From an uncultured candidate division Zixibacteria bacterium (GTDB lineage Bacteria; Zixibacteria; MSB-5A5; GN15; FEB-12), in assembly GCA_963735035.1 (NCBI GenBank), contig CAVTJJ010000003.1:832001-896000 (forward strand): a stretch of DNA of 64,000 nt, in the 5' to 3' direction. The notes below the pieces were generated by a model. It was not told the origin of the DNA, made no database searches, and was given only the letters and a program-made list of their open reading frames with translations. Within the stretch, counting starts at the first letter, position 1. Each line of letters begins with the position of its first letter. The position numbers were made by a program, and so were the translations under genes. This document shows positions 1-9,811 of this stretch, in pieces.

Positions 1-19
1 GGGCACCGGACATTGAACA

Positions 20-115
20 CCCTTCGACAGGCTCAGGGTGACTTAGGGCAAACCACTATCGTCGTACACAGAAGTAATGCTGAGCTTCTCGAAGCATGAG
101 CTTGTCGAAGCATGA
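20..115. repeat. Palindromic repeat cluster (CTTCGACAGGCTCAG-type extragenic repeat)
   Basis: CCCTTCGACAGGCTCAGGGTGAC at 20-42, and the oppositely oriented tandem TGAGCTT(C/G)TCGAAGCA units within 77-115, just downstream of the yjbQ stop. Confidence 0.55.
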
Positions 116-116
116 A

Positions 117-536
117 CTACTCCCCGATCACTTTCACCAGCGCCCGCTTGCGGCGGCGGCCATCGAACTCACCGTAGAAAATCTGCTCCCACGGCCCGAC
201 ATCGAGCTGCCCTTTCGTAATCGCCACCACCACCTCGCGCCCCATTATCTGTCGCTTCATATGGGCATCGGCGTTGTCTTCGCCGGTGTCGTTGTGGCGA
301 TACTGCGAGGTCGGCGCGTGCGGCGCGAGCCGTTCAAGCCACTTGTCGTAGTCCTCGTGCAGGCCATGCTCGTCGTCGTTGATAAACACCGACGCCGTTA
401 TGTGCATGGCGTTGACCAGCACGAAACCTTCCTGCACCCCCGACGCCTGCACACACTCTTCGACCTGCGACGTGATATTCACGAAAGCGCGGCGCGTTGG
501 CACCTCGAACCAGAGTTCCTTACGATACGATTTCAT
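117..536 (-). CDS. yjbQ: YjbQ (UPF0047) family protein
   Basis: [19 protein letters not shown] and [15 protein letters not shown] motifs; 139 aa. Confidence 0.92.
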   Translation of the reverse strand: MKSYRKELWFEVPTRRAFVNITSQVEECVQASGVQEGFVLVNAMHITASVFINDDEHGLHEDYDKWLERLAPHAPTSQYRHNDTGEDNADAHMKRQIMGREVVVAITKGQLDVGPWEQIFYGEFDGRRRKRALVKVIGE

Positions 537-1090
537 ACCTGCGGTTCCTTCGCACCCTCCAGAGGATAGACCGCCTCGACCTGATGAATCGCCATTTCCG
601 ACGACAGAAAACTCGAGAACAGACAGAACTCACGAACATCGAAAGGCGGCAGCCGAAACAGGGCGTTCTCGCCGAGATAAGTTACCAGCCGTCCGGGCGG
701 CGTTTCCCGGATCTTGGCCAGGCCGACGTGCGGCGCGAACTTGCGTTTCTCGCTTTCCATCCCGGCCCGCACCAGGGTCGACTCTACTTTGTTGCGAAGT
801 TGTTTCAGTCGTTCGCCGTCTTCGATTCCCGCCCATAGTAGTTGCGGATCGCCCCTCGGTGGGAAATACCCCATGCCCTTCAGGGTGATTTCGAAAGGCT
901 CCATACGAATTGTCGCCAGGGCTTCGAGCGCGTCGCGAAACACAGCACCGTCGACCTCGCCGATGAACTTGAGCACGATATGCATCTGGGTCGGATCGAG
1001 CCATTTGGCCCCGGGGAGGCCGTAACTGACTTCGGTCAGAGCCAGCTTGACCGGTTCGGGAAGATCGATGGCTACAAAGAGTCGGTACAT
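533..1090 (-). CDS. thpR: RNA 2',3'-cyclic phosphodiesterase (2H phosphoesterase, ThpR/LigT family)
   Basis: [11 protein letters not shown] start (ATG 1090); 2H motifs read HIVLKF and PHVGLAK; overlaps the yjbQ start by 4 nt. Confidence 0.88.
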   Translation of the reverse strand: MYRLFVAIDLPEPVKLALTEVSYGLPGAKWLDPTQMHIVLKFIGEVDGAVFRDALEALATIRMEPFEITLKGMGYFPPRGDPQLLWAGIEDGERLKQLRNKVESTLVRAGMESEKRKFAPHVGLAKIRETPPGRLVTYLGENALFRLPPFDVREFCLFSSFLSSEMAIHQVEAVYPLEGAKEPQV

Positions 1091-1246
1091 AGTGACCTTT
1101 ATACGGCGGCGGTGGGCGCCCGGTGTTAGCCTTTGAAGCAAGAAAGGGTCTGACGACCTGCGTGTCATCAAATATCCTTGTGCGGTTCGGGATCGACTCT
1201 TATCGTTGGCTCTGGCACGAGCCCGACCTTACGAGGACTCGGGCAC

Positions 1247-1520
1247 GTGCCCGGCAGATGTCCACATCTGCCGACTCGTAAAGCCTCGGCGGGTTTGAAG
1301 TCTTGTAGGGCAGATCCGCTTCGAACCTGCCGTTGTAGGCAGGACCGCAGGAGCCCTGCCATACGAGATAAGAAGTCAACGCGTCAGTTCACACGCCCCG
1401 CTGAAGCGGGTCGCAGGAACTGACGCAACCATCGATCTGCAGTTTTTGCATGTGCCCGGCAGATGCCCACATCTGCCGACTCGTAAAGCCTCGGCGGGTT
1501 TGAAGCAGACCCGCCCTACA
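1247..1520. repeat. REP cluster: two 54-bp direct repeats of a GTGC-footed REP plus GTAG-type palindromes
   Basis: GTGCCCGGCAGATG(T/C)CCACATCTGCCGACTCGTAAAGCCTCGGCGGGTTTGAAG at 1247-1300 and 1452-1505 (one mismatch); GTAGGGCAG near 1305; CAGACCCGCCCTAC at 1506-1519; branched hairpin 1381-1430. Confidence 0.85.
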
Positions 1521-1534
1521 TTAGGAGAAGCCTG

Positions 1535-2440
1535 TTGATCAATCTCGTCGTAGTCGGTTCGGTGGCGCTGGATACAATCGAAACGCCTTTCGGTAAAGTG
1601 AGCCGGGTGCTCGGCGGCACCGCTACGTACGGCTCGATTGCTGCGTCTTATTTCGCGCGCCCGGGCGTGGTCGGTGTGGTCGGAGGCGATTTCGAACGCC
1701 GCCATATCAATTTGCTGAAGAAGCGTGGCGTGGATCTCGAAGGACTCCAGATTGTGCCGGACGGTCAAACCTTCCACTGGTCCGGCTACTACGAAGGTGA
1801 CATGAACCGGGCCATCACCCGCGCTACCGATCTCAACGTATTTCAATCGTTCAAACCGGTGATTCCGGAGCACTATCGCCGTGCCCCGTTTCTGTTTCTG
1901 GGCAACATCCAGCCCGATTTACAATTGCAGGTCCTCGACCAGATGAAAGAACCGAAACTGGTCCTGTGCGATACCATGAACTACTGGATCGAATCACAGC
2001 CGGAACGCCTGATTAAAGTCTTCCGCCGCTCTCATGTGGTCTGTGTGAATGATGGCGAAGCGCGCATGTTCACAGGGAAGACATCGCTGCTCGCGGCTGC
2101 CCAGGACCTGCTCAAGCTTGGTCCAAAGCGTGTGATTATCAAACTGGGTGGCTACGGCGTTCATATCTACGGCAAGGATTCATTCTTCGCCCTGCCAGCT
2201 CTGCCGTTGACCAAAGTGAAAGACCCAACCGGCGCGGGCGATACGTTTGCCGGCGGATTCGTGGGCAGTCTGGCGAAATCGAAGCGACATGATGATCACG
2301 CTTTCAGACAGGCATCGGCGGTCGGAACCGTGATGGCATCGTTCTGCGTTCAGGATTTCAGTTGTCGCGCCACGGCGCGGTTGAAGCATGAGGACATTCG
2401 TCATCGGTTGGCTACATTGAAAGCGGCAACACAGTTGTAG
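1535..2440 (+). CDS. PfkB/ribokinase family carbohydrate kinase
   Basis: VVGSVALD, LGGTATY and DPTGAGDTFAGG signatures; AGGAG RBS before TTG start. Confidence 0.92.
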   Translation: MINLVVVGSVALDTIETPFGKVSRVLGGTATYGSIAASYFARPGVVGVVGGDFERRHINLLKKRGVDLEGLQIVPDGQTFHWSGYYEGDMNRAITRATDLNVFQSFKPVIPEHYRRAPFLFLGNIQPDLQLQVLDQMKEPKLVLCDTMNYWIESQPERLIKVFRRSHVVCVNDGEARMFTGKTSLLAAAQDLLKLGPKRVIIKLGGYGVHIYGKDSFFALPALPLTKVKDPTGAGDTFAGGFVGSLAKSKRHDDHAFRQASAVGTVMASFCVQDFSCRATARLKHEDIRHRLATLKAATQL

Positions 2441-2506
2441 GTCAGGCGGACTTGACGCCTGACGCGGCGAATCGAAGATGTCAGGCCTCGAGTCGGCCTG
2501 ACCTAC
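2437..2506. repeat. REPIN (inverted pair of GTAG REPs), copy 1
   Basis: GTAGGTCAGGC...GCCTGACCTAC, 70 bp; near-identical copy at 3281-3351. Confidence 0.85.
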
Positions 2507-2537
2507 TTGGCTGCCACTACTAACAAGGACGGCCCAC

Positions 2538-3254
2538 ATGACCGAAGCGACAGAAAAGACTTTCACCTGTCCCATCTGTGAACTCCAAAAACCGATGGTC
2601 GAGGGTCGCCTGGCGGAATTAGTGCCGGGCCCCGCCGGCGAACTGATCCGCCAGCAACATCCTGACTGGGACCCCAGTCATGTTATCTGCATGTCATGCT
2701 TGAATCGATTCCGAACGCGGTATGTGGCGAAAGCGCTCGAAGAACAACGAGGTGAATTGTCGGCAGTGGAAAACGCGGTCATCGCCAGCCTTCAGGAACA
2801 GATGGTTCTGTCTCGCAACACGGCCTCAGAATTCGAGACCAAACTGACTTTCGGTGAACGCCTGGCTGACCGGGTGGCATCGTTCGGCGGGAGCTGGCAT
2901 TTTATCATCCTGTTCGGAGCGATAATAACAGTCTGGATCGGAATTAATACTGTAATGCTGCTCCGGCAGCCGTTTGATCCCTACCCATACATATTGCTCA
3001 ATCTTGTCCTTTCATGTTTGGCCGCGTTGCAGGCGCCGGTCATCATGATGAGCCAGAATCGACAGGAAGCGAAAGACCGCCTTCGCTCCGAGCATGATTA
3101 TCAGGTCAATCTCAAGGCTGAAATTGAAATCCGTCAGCTCCACATCAAGCTCGACCAGTTGATCAACCACTCCTGGCAACGGCTACTGGAGATACAGCAG
3201 GTTCAAACCGAGCTGATGGAAGAGTTGGTGGAGCGCCGCAACAAAGAGCAATAG
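2538..3254 (+). CDS. DUF1003 domain membrane protein
   Basis: GERLADRVASFGGSW, PFDPYPYILLNLVLSCLAALQAPVIMMSQNRQEAKDR; N-terminal CxxC...CxxC. Confidence 0.92.
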   Translation: MTEATEKTFTCPICELQKPMVEGRLAELVPGPAGELIRQQHPDWDPSHVICMSCLNRFRTRYVAKALEEQRGELSAVENAVIASLQEQMVLSRNTASEFETKLTFGERLADRVASFGGSWHFIILFGAIITVWIGINTVMLLRQPFDPYPYILLNLVLSCLAALQAPVIMMSQNRQEAKDRLRSEHDYQVNLKAEIEIRQLHIKLDQLINHSWQRLLEIQQVQTELMEELVERRNKEQ

Positions 3255-3280
3255 GCATTTGAGAGTGTTGTATACACTTC

Positions 3281-3351
3281 GTAGGTCAGGCGGACTTGAC
3301 TCCTGACGCGGTGAATCGATGATGTCAGGCCCCCGAGTCGGCCTGACCTAC
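3281..3351. repeat. REPIN (inverted pair of GTAG REPs), copy 2
   Basis: GTAGGTCAGGC...GCCTGACCTAC, 71 bp; its right end contains the TAG stop of the minus-strand gene at 3348. Confidence 0.85.
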
Positions 3352-3860
3352 AAAGTCTGCGCCCGTTTGAGGGCCGCCTCCAAATCGGTCGCCTGGCGCG
3401 AACCGACCAAGATCCTGTGGCCGTTCTGTAGCTCTAGTTGCACTCCCTTGTTGCCGGTCATCGAGAACGCCATCCCTCGTCCCCACCCCCACCGTATGCC
3501 CCAGCCGCCGTAGTCACGAATAGGGTGATACTCACAAGCGGCGAACGACTTGATTTCGCTTATCACTATTGTCCGTGTGATCAACGGCCAGTAGCGCACT
3601 TTCAGACGCTCGCGGCTGACCGTGGTGGTCATCTTGAGCGCGTACATGAACAACGGCATCCCTATACCCACAAACACGAGAATAGCCCAGTAGACACCAG
3701 TCGGCGGCGGGTTATCTCCCACTGGTTGGTTTAGCACGACGCCCTGGATAAATGTCCACCATGCGAAAATAGCGCCCGCCAACACCAGCGCCCAGACCCA
3801 CCAAAAAGTCATTCGCTGGGTTTCTTTGAAATAGACGTTGAGTTCGGGTGTCTGAGTCAT
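3348..3860 (-). CDS. Two-TM membrane protein with PH-like domain (DUF6141-like)
   Basis: FKETQR, two hydrophobic helices, YHPIRDYGGWGIR and GNKGVQL..ILVGS motifs; GAGGTG RBS before ATG 3860. Confidence 0.75.
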   Translation of the reverse strand: MTQTPELNVYFKETQRMTFWWVWALVLAGAIFAWWTFIQGVVLNQPVGDNPPPTGVYWAILVFVGIGMPLFMYALKMTTTVSRERLKVRYWPLITRTIVISEIKSFAACEYHPIRDYGGWGIRWGWGRGMAFSMTGNKGVQLELQNGHRILVGSRQATDLEAALKRAQTL

Positions 3861-3998
3861 AGTCCACCTCTTGCTTTCAATACCACCACAACTGTACACT
3901 ATTCAAGGCTATCTAGAACCGCCGGGCAAGGATTATAAGGGAGCACTTGACGGACCGCCTGCCCCGCTTCATCTTACAGGTTCGCCGGAAAGGTGGGT

Positions 3999-4421
3999 AT
4001 GAAAGACTACGAGTTCAAAGAACATACCGCCGACATTATCGCTCGCGCCCACGGCCACACGCTCGACCAGGCGTTCGCAGGGGCGGCCCGGGCGATGTTC
4101 GATATCATAACGGGTGGGGCGATGATTCGTCCGCTGCAGGAATATGAACTAACCGTCAAGTCGATTGACCTTGAGGGACTCCTGGTCACATTCCTTTCCG
4201 AACTGATTGTGCTTCACGAGACCGAGAATGTCGTGCTCGATCAGTTTCAGGTAACCCTCGACGGTGACACCGGCCTGACTGCTATCTGCCGTGGCGAGAA
4301 CTTCGATCGCGCACGTCACGGCGACGGCACCCAGGTGAAGGGGGTTTCGTACCACTTGATGGAAGTAGTGCGCGGCGAGCACGGGAAACCGTGCCATGTT
4401 CAGGTGTTGTTTGATATATAG
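3999..4421 (+). CDS. Archease
   Basis: YEFKEHTADI N-terminus, VKGVSYH, C-terminal LFDI; directly upstream of rtcB. Confidence 0.92.
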   Translation: MKDYEFKEHTADIIARAHGHTLDQAFAGAARAMFDIITGGAMIRPLQEYELTVKSIDLEGLLVTFLSELIVLHETENVVLDQFQVTLDGDTGLTAICRGENFDRARHGDGTQVKGVSYHLMEVVRGEHGKPCHVQVLFDI

Positions 4422-4446
4422 CGGCTGATAAATGCCGTCTGAATTT

Positions 4447-4549
4447 GTAGGTCGGGTTCACGAACGCTGCGCGAAGCGGAGCGCGAGCAACCCGACAGCG
4501 GCGTCAGGTCACACGATCCGCAAAGCGGATCGCAGGACCTGACGCAACC
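4447..4549. repeat. Branched palindromic repeat pair between archease and rtcB
   Basis: 4447-4496 matches 29213-29262; 4501-4549 matches 1381-1430 and, in reverse, 12778-12821. Confidence 0.75.
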
Positions 4550-4578
4550 TAGATGTATGCGGCTAGGAGATAGATGCC

Positions 4579-6054
4579 ATGTGGCGAGGACCCATAAAGA
4601 AACTTGACGGCTGCCGCTTCCGGATCGACCCCGACTACCAGTCGGACACAATGAAGCGGGCGAATATCCGTATGCGCGTACCGGGCGTGATTTACGCCGA
4701 TCAGGCGATGTTCGACCAGATCGTGCAGGACGATTCCCCGGACCAGGTTGCCCGTGTCGCGACCCTTCCCGGCATCGTAGGGAGCTCGTTCGCTATGCCG
4801 GATATTCATCACGGCTATGGATTCGCGATCGGCGGCGTAGCGGCGTTCGACGCCGAGGAAGGGATTATCTCACCCGGTGGAGTCGGCTACGATATCAATT
4901 GCGGCGTCCGCCTGATACGCTCGTCGCTGAATTTCGGCGACATCAAGACGCAGATCAAACCGCTTATCGACGCCATGTTCAGCAGTGTTCCGTCCGGAGT
5001 CGGCGCCGGCGGCCAGCGAAAATTATCGCGGGCCGAGATCGATCAGGTGCTCGCACGCGGCTCGGAGTGGGCGGTCAGTGAAGGATACGGTTGGAAAGGC
5101 GACCTTGAAGTTACCGAGGAGAATGGCTCTATCCGTGGGGCCGACCCGGCCGCTGTCTCAGAGAACGCCAAGAAACGGGGCGCGCCGCAGCTTGGGTCGC
5201 TCGGAGCCGGGAATCATTTCCTCGAAATTCAACGGGTCGATGAAATTTTCGATACCGAAGCGGCCGCCGCGTATGGGATCACTAATGTCGGGCAGGTTAC
5301 TATCATGATTCACACCGGATCGCGCGGTTGTGGTCATCAGATCTGCACCGACTATCTCGACTCGATGCGCCGCGCCAACCAGAAATACAACATTCCGCTG
5401 GTCGACCGCGAACTCTCCTGCGCGCCGGCATCGTCGCCCGAAGCTCAGGCCTATTTCACAGCCATGAAATGCGGCGCCAACTATGCCTGGGCGAACCGTC
5501 AGATGATCACGCACTGGGTGCGTGAGTCGTTCGAGAAAGTGCTGGGACAGGAAGCCCACCGGATGGGTCTGAGCCTCGTTTATGATATCGCCCACAACAT
5601 GGCTAAGCTGGAAGACCACGAGTTCGAAGGGCGGAAGCGACATTTGTATGTCCATCGCAAGGGGGCCACGCGAGCGTTCGGGCCGGGGCTGACAGCAGTG
5701 CCGATGGCGTATCGCAAAGTCGGTCAGCCGGTACTAATACCCGGCGACATGGGGTCGGCGTCGTTTCTGTTGATGGGGACCGACAAGGCGATGCAGGAGA
5801 CGTTCGGCTCGACCTGCCACGGGGCGGGACGCAAAATGTCGCGGACGGCGGCTATGAAAATTTTCCGGGCGGATGAGGTGAGGGCGAAACTGGAGAAGCA
5901 GGGGATATATCTTCGCGCGGCGAGTAAGAGTGGTGTGGCGGAAGAAGCTCCGGGGGTCTACAAAGATGTCGAAAATGTGGTCGATATCGCGCACAATTCG
6001 GGGATAGCGCTCAAGGTGGCGCGTCTGCGCCCGTTGGGCGTGGTGAAGGGGTAG
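4579..6054 (+). CDS. rtcB: RtcB family RNA ligase (archease-associated type)
   Basis: [49 protein letters not shown] and C-terminal VKG all intact. Confidence 0.96.
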   Translation: MWRGPIKKLDGCRFRIDPDYQSDTMKRANIRMRVPGVIYADQAMFDQIVQDDSPDQVARVATLPGIVGSSFAMPDIHHGYGFAIGGVAAFDAEEGIISPGGVGYDINCGVRLIRSSLNFGDIKTQIKPLIDAMFSSVPSGVGAGGQRKLSRAEIDQVLARGSEWAVSEGYGWKGDLEVTEENGSIRGADPAAVSENAKKRGAPQLGSLGAGNHFLEIQRVDEIFDTEAAAAYGITNVGQVTIMIHTGSRGCGHQICTDYLDSMRRANQKYNIPLVDRELSCAPASSPEAQAYFTAMKCGANYAWANRQMITHWVRESFEKVLGQEAHRMGLSLVYDIAHNMAKLEDHEFEGRKRHLYVHRKGATRAFGPGLTAVPMAYRKVGQPVLIPGDMGSASFLLMGTDKAMQETFGSTCHGAGRKMSRTAAMKIFRADEVRAKLEKQGIYLRAASKSGVAEEAPGVYKDVENVVDIAHNSGIALKVARLRPLGVVKG

Positions 6055-6063
6055 GGTTGAACC

Positions 6064-6447
6064 GTGCCCGGCAGATGTAACTATGGTGCCCCGTCGCTTG
6101 CGCTGGGATGGAACATACTGGCCCCCACGGTATCGCCAGTCCCTTCCGACCCTACTCTAGGCGTGCCCGGTCCGCCGCGGCGGATCCACATCTGCCGGTT
6201 AGTGAAAGTCTTGTAGGGTAGCACACGTAGGGCAGAACCCAAGCCTGGCCCGCCGGAGGCGGAGCGGGCTTGTGGTTCTGCCACGGGGCCAAATGGCAGA
6301 ATCACTCCACCGAAGCGGCGGAGGATTCTGCCCTACGAAGACCGAATACGAGGGGCAGACGAGGACCCCCAATCAAATCGGGGGCAGGCTATGCCGCTCA
6401 CGAACTTCTGCTTTCGAATCCGGCAGATGTGGGCATCTGCCGGGCAC
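6064..6447. repeat. REP/REPIN mosaic downstream of rtcB
   Basis: Partial GTGC-REP 6064-6078; interrupted GTGC-REP 6163-6198; GTAGGGCAGAA...TTCTGCCCTAC REPIN 6227-6336; full reverse GTGC-REP 6421-6447. Confidence 0.8.
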
Positions 6448-6501
6448 GGCTCATATCGGATAGTTCTGTATTAGCTGTGACCGCGCCCCCCCTAAACGTC
6501 A

Positions 6502-6534
6502 AGCGGCAGGTCGGACTGAGTCCGGCCTGCCGCT
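6502..6534. terminator. Hairpin between convergent rtcB and MCP genes, probable terminator
   Basis: AGCGGCAGGTCGGACT-GAGTCCGGCCTGCCGCT long stem; U-tract weak. Confidence 0.5.
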
Positions 6535-6560
6535 CTTGGGTCGCGCGTGACCTTCACGCA

Positions 6561-8225
6561 CTATATTGAATCGTTCGTCTTGAACCGGGCCACCATTTCG
6601 CTCAGCGATTCGGACTGCCGATTCAACTCTTCAGCAGCGGTCGCCATCTCACCCGCGCCCTTCGCGGTCTCCGACGTCACCACGGCGATATCCTCGATGC
6701 TATGACTGATCTCGTCCGCCGACGCTGACTGTTCCTGCGCCGCGGTTGCGATTTGTTCGATCATCGCCATGACAGTGGTCGACGCCGCCACGATTTCCTG
6801 AAGCGCGCTGCCGGCGTGGTCGGCCAGTTCGCGTCCTTTATCGACACTGCGAATGCCGGTCTCCATGGCGTCAACGGCATCGGCCGTCTTCCCCTGCACG
6901 GCGGCGATAACGCCCTTGATTTCACCGGTAGCGCGGCCGGTTCGTTCGGCCAGCTTGCGGACTTCATCGGCTACCACAGCAAAGCCCCGTCCCTGTTCTC
7001 CGGCGCGGGCAGCTTCGATAGCGGCGTTCAACGCGAGCAGGTTGGTCTGACCGGCGATATCCTCGATCACGTTGACGATCTTGTCGATCTGTTCAGCCGA
7101 TTCGGCCAGGCGACCGATTGAGTCGGACGATTCACTGACCAGGTTGGCGATTTCACCCATCCCGTCGATGGTTCTTCCTACTATCTGTCCACCGCTGCCG
7201 GCCGTCTCTGAGGCCTGGCGTGACGCCTGGGTGGCGTCCTCGGCGTGGTGGGTGGCGTCGCCTATCGCGGCCGCCATCTCCTGTACCGCGGCCGTGACCT
7301 GTTTCACCTGGTCGGCCTGATTGCGGGCGCCGGAAGACATCTCTTCCGCCGCCGCCGAAATCTGGGTCGCCGCACTTACAACCTGGGCAGAAAGAACTCG
7401 AAGTTGCGAGACCATATCCGAGAGATTCGAGATCATATTGGCAAACGACTCGCTGAGCACGTCTTTGCCTGAACGCGGTGTTATCCGAACGGTGAGATCG
7501 TTGGCGGCAATACGATGAGCCGCATCGGAGAGGTCACGCATGTAGTCGCGAATGTCGACCATCGCCTTGGCCAGACGCCCGATCTCGTCGCGGGAGCGAT
7601 AAGCTACTTTTAGTTCGAGGTCGCCCACCGCCAGACGACCGGCCGCTAACTCCAGTTCCTTTACCGGCCGGGAAATCACCCGCTGGAACACATTTGCAAT
7701 TATGAACGCCACCAGAGCCGTAAATACCGAAATAATCAGACTCATCTTGATGAACCAGGTCGTTCTTTCGGCCGCCCGGTCCAGATCGGAACCCAGAAAG
7801 AGGCTGGCAACGGTCTTGTCACCTGACTTGACGGTTCGACAAACCACAAGCTGATCGCTTTCGAACAGCGATTCCTCGTCTTTCAGTTGTGGCAACGTGG
7901 CCGGAACCGTCCCGTTCTTGCGAGTATGTTGGGCGAACACGCGACCGTCGGGAAGCGCCACCGCCGCCCACACGAGATGAGCATCGTTGTCGATCGCCCG
8001 AAGCGCCTCTACGGCCGACGGGGCGTCGTCGAACGCCACAGCGCTGGCACAATTGGCGGCAACCACGGCCGCCAGAAGCGAGCAGTTGGCGGTTAGCTCT
8101 TGGCGAAAGCTCTTGCGGTCGTTAAGTATGTACGCCAGCGACGACAGAGTAAGCGTCACCAACGTCACGAAAAGAACCACGAGGGTCAGTTTGGTCCTGA
8201 TGGTACAGTCGCGGAAACTGAACAT
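6561..8225 (-). CDS. Methyl-accepting chemotaxis protein with CHASE8-like periplasmic sensor and HAMP domains
   Basis: Two TM helices around [12 protein letters not shown]...[41 protein letters not shown] signalling tip. Confidence 0.93.
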   Translation of the reverse strand: MFSFRDCTIRTKLTLVVLFVTLVTLTLSSLAYILNDRKSFRQELTANCSLLAAVVAANCASAVAFDDAPSAVEALRAIDNDAHLVWAAVALPDGRVFAQHTRKNGTVPATLPQLKDEESLFESDQLVVCRTVKSGDKTVASLFLGSDLDRAAERTTWFIKMSLIISVFTALVAFIIANVFQRVISRPVKELELAAGRLAVGDLELKVAYRSRDEIGRLAKAMVDIRDYMRDLSDAAHRIAANDLTVRITPRSGKDVLSESFANMISNLSDMVSQLRVLSAQVVSAATQISAAAEEMSSGARNQADQVKQVTAAVQEMAAAIGDATHHAEDATQASRQASETAGSGGQIVGRTIDGMGEIANLVSESSDSIGRLAESAEQIDKIVNVIEDIAGQTNLLALNAAIEAARAGEQGRGFAVVADEVRKLAERTGRATGEIKGVIAAVQGKTADAVDAMETGIRSVDKGRELADHAGSALQEIVAASTTVMAMIEQIATAAQEQSASADEISHSIEDIAVVTSETAKGAGEMATAAEELNRQSESLSEMVARFKTNDSI

Positions 8226-8462
8226 GTATATCCTCCGGATTACCCGTGAGACGTCCTGGTTTCAGGGGGCAACGTCGTTTTCGGGCACCTCTTTCAAAGC
8301 ATCGTCATTCTGCCCATCTTCTTAAGAGCTTCTCCCCTATTCGGTGCCCTACGCTGGGGAGAGTAAACCGCTCTGATCAGTTCTTGCACAAAGCTTCGGG
8401 ATCGCAGAGGAGCCTGGCGCTGGGGGACACAGATGACTACGTCAAAGATTGGGAAATAGTCT

Positions 8463-8489
8463 TCAGGGGATAATCTTACTAGCCGATAA
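8463..8489 (+). promoter_or_regulatory. Putative sigma-28 (FliA) promoter for the YfiR-family gene
   Basis: TCAG-N15-GCCGATAA; the -10 box matches the consensus exactly. Confidence 0.6.
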
Positions 8490-8610
8490 TCCGATTAATG
8501 GCCCGACCGTAGGCCAGGAATTAGAAAAGGGGCTGGAACCGATATTTTAGTAGTACGGTTAAAAAGATGGTATTACTCTACTTTTGGAACCTGGTTTGTG
8601 AGGTGCAAAG

Positions 8611-9150
8611 TTGACGTTACGGGTGACAATCATCGGTGCCAGTTTGGTGCTTGCGACGATGTTGCAGGCCAAGACTCTTACAGCCGAGGAAATCGAATAC
8701 AAAGCCGATTTTATCGTCAAGATAGTCGACTATATCACCTGGCCGGCCGGCGCCGGAGTTAATGGCCAGGGTGAGATTTCCATCGGCGTTCTGGGCGACT
8801 CACCACTGATCCCCAAGCTGAAGGAACTGGCCGCGGCCAGAACTCAGGCGGGCACGAAAATGTCGGTATCTTCAGTGACCCTGGAATCCGACCTGGCAGC
8901 CTACCAGATACTTTTCATTTCGACCGAAGACAAGACTGAATTGGCGACCATTCTCAAGAAGGTAGACAAGGCCCCCGTGCTGACGGTCAGCGACGCCTAC
9001 TATTTCGCCCGCTACGGCGTCATGGTCAATTTCTTCTCTGAAGAAGTCGACGGCAAGCCGAAGATCAAATTCGAGGTCAATCAGATGACTCTCGGGATGG
9101 TCGGCCTGAAGATGAGCTCCAAACTGCTCAAACTGGCCACGCTCATTTAG
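8611..9150 (+). CDS. YfiR family (DUF4154) periplasmic protein
   Basis: Signal peptide; EYKADFIVKIVDYITWP, ILFIS, VLTVSD, FEVN, LKMSSKLLKLA. Confidence 0.88.
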   Translation: MTLRVTIIGASLVLATMLQAKTLTAEEIEYKADFIVKIVDYITWPAGAGVNGQGEISIGVLGDSPLIPKLKELAAARTQAGTKMSVSSVTLESDLAAYQILFISTEDKTELATILKKVDKAPVLTVSDAYYFARYGVMVNFFSEEVDGKPKIKFEVNQMTLGMVGLKMSSKLLKLATLI

Positions 9151-9177
9151 CAAACTAGCTCACTCGAAAAAGAAAAT

Positions 9178-9213
9178 CGCCTCTGCGGCTAGTCGCTGCA
9201 GAGGCGTTGTTTT
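9178..9213. terminator. Bidirectional intrinsic terminator
   Basis: CGCCTCTGCGGC-loop-GCTGCAGAGGCG with A-rich and T-rich flanks, between convergent genes. Confidence 0.7.
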
Positions 9214-9232
9214 GTTTGGCCCGAAAGAAAAG

Positions 9233-9688
9233 TCAATTCTCCGAGAGCACTACCTCGTCGTATTCGATTTCAAAACGAAGCTTGTGTTTGGCTTCTTCCT
9301 GGGCCAGCATCATGAACAATTCTTTGAGTTCAGGCCTGTCAGCGGCGCCCGCGAGTTTATAGTAGAGCAAGTAGGCCGCTTTCTCTGCCTTCATAGCGAC
9401 AATAAGCGCTTCCTGATAGGAGAGACTTGATCTGCCCGGCTCCGGCTCTACGAAGGAATCGGCGAGCTTGAGATCAAGGACACCCTTGGGCGAAAGGGTC
9501 AGCTTGTGACCGTCCTTGACCGCTTGAAGTTTGGCCTTGTGACCCATCTCTTCTTTTGCGAAGCCGGCAAAAACTTCCTGCATCGGTTTGCGGGCCATCT
9601 TGGCGGCCAAACCGCGATAGAACTCCGCGGCTTCTTCCTCTTTCTGAATAGCAAAATCCAGAATCTTATCCGTCGAATCCAATTTCAC
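9233..9688 (-). CDS. Rubrerythrin-like / ferritin family di-iron protein
   Basis: AIQKEEEAAEFY, EEMGH, AMKAEKAAY, EEAKH; no rubredoxin tail. Confidence 0.88.
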   Translation of the reverse strand: MKLDSTDKILDFAIQKEEEAAEFYRGLAAKMARKPMQEVFAGFAKEEMGHKAKLQAVKDGHKLTLSPKGVLDLKLADSFVEPEPGRSSLSYQEALIVAMKAEKAAYLLYYKLAGAADRPELKELFMMLAQEEAKHKLRFEIEYDEVVLSEN

Positions 9689-9811
9689 AGGCTACTCCTT
9701 CCGTACGAATGAGCGAATCGCTAATACGAACCGAATATAGGGTTTGCCCGAGGATTATCAACTTCTATGTTGTGCCCAACCGGTCCGGGTGCGTGTCGCC
9801 TCTGATTCAAT

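Noticed and set aside
1247..1505. 54-bp direct repeats as a possible CRISPR or prophage att site
   Set aside because: Same REP family as above; the interval holds more palindromes and there is no integrase.
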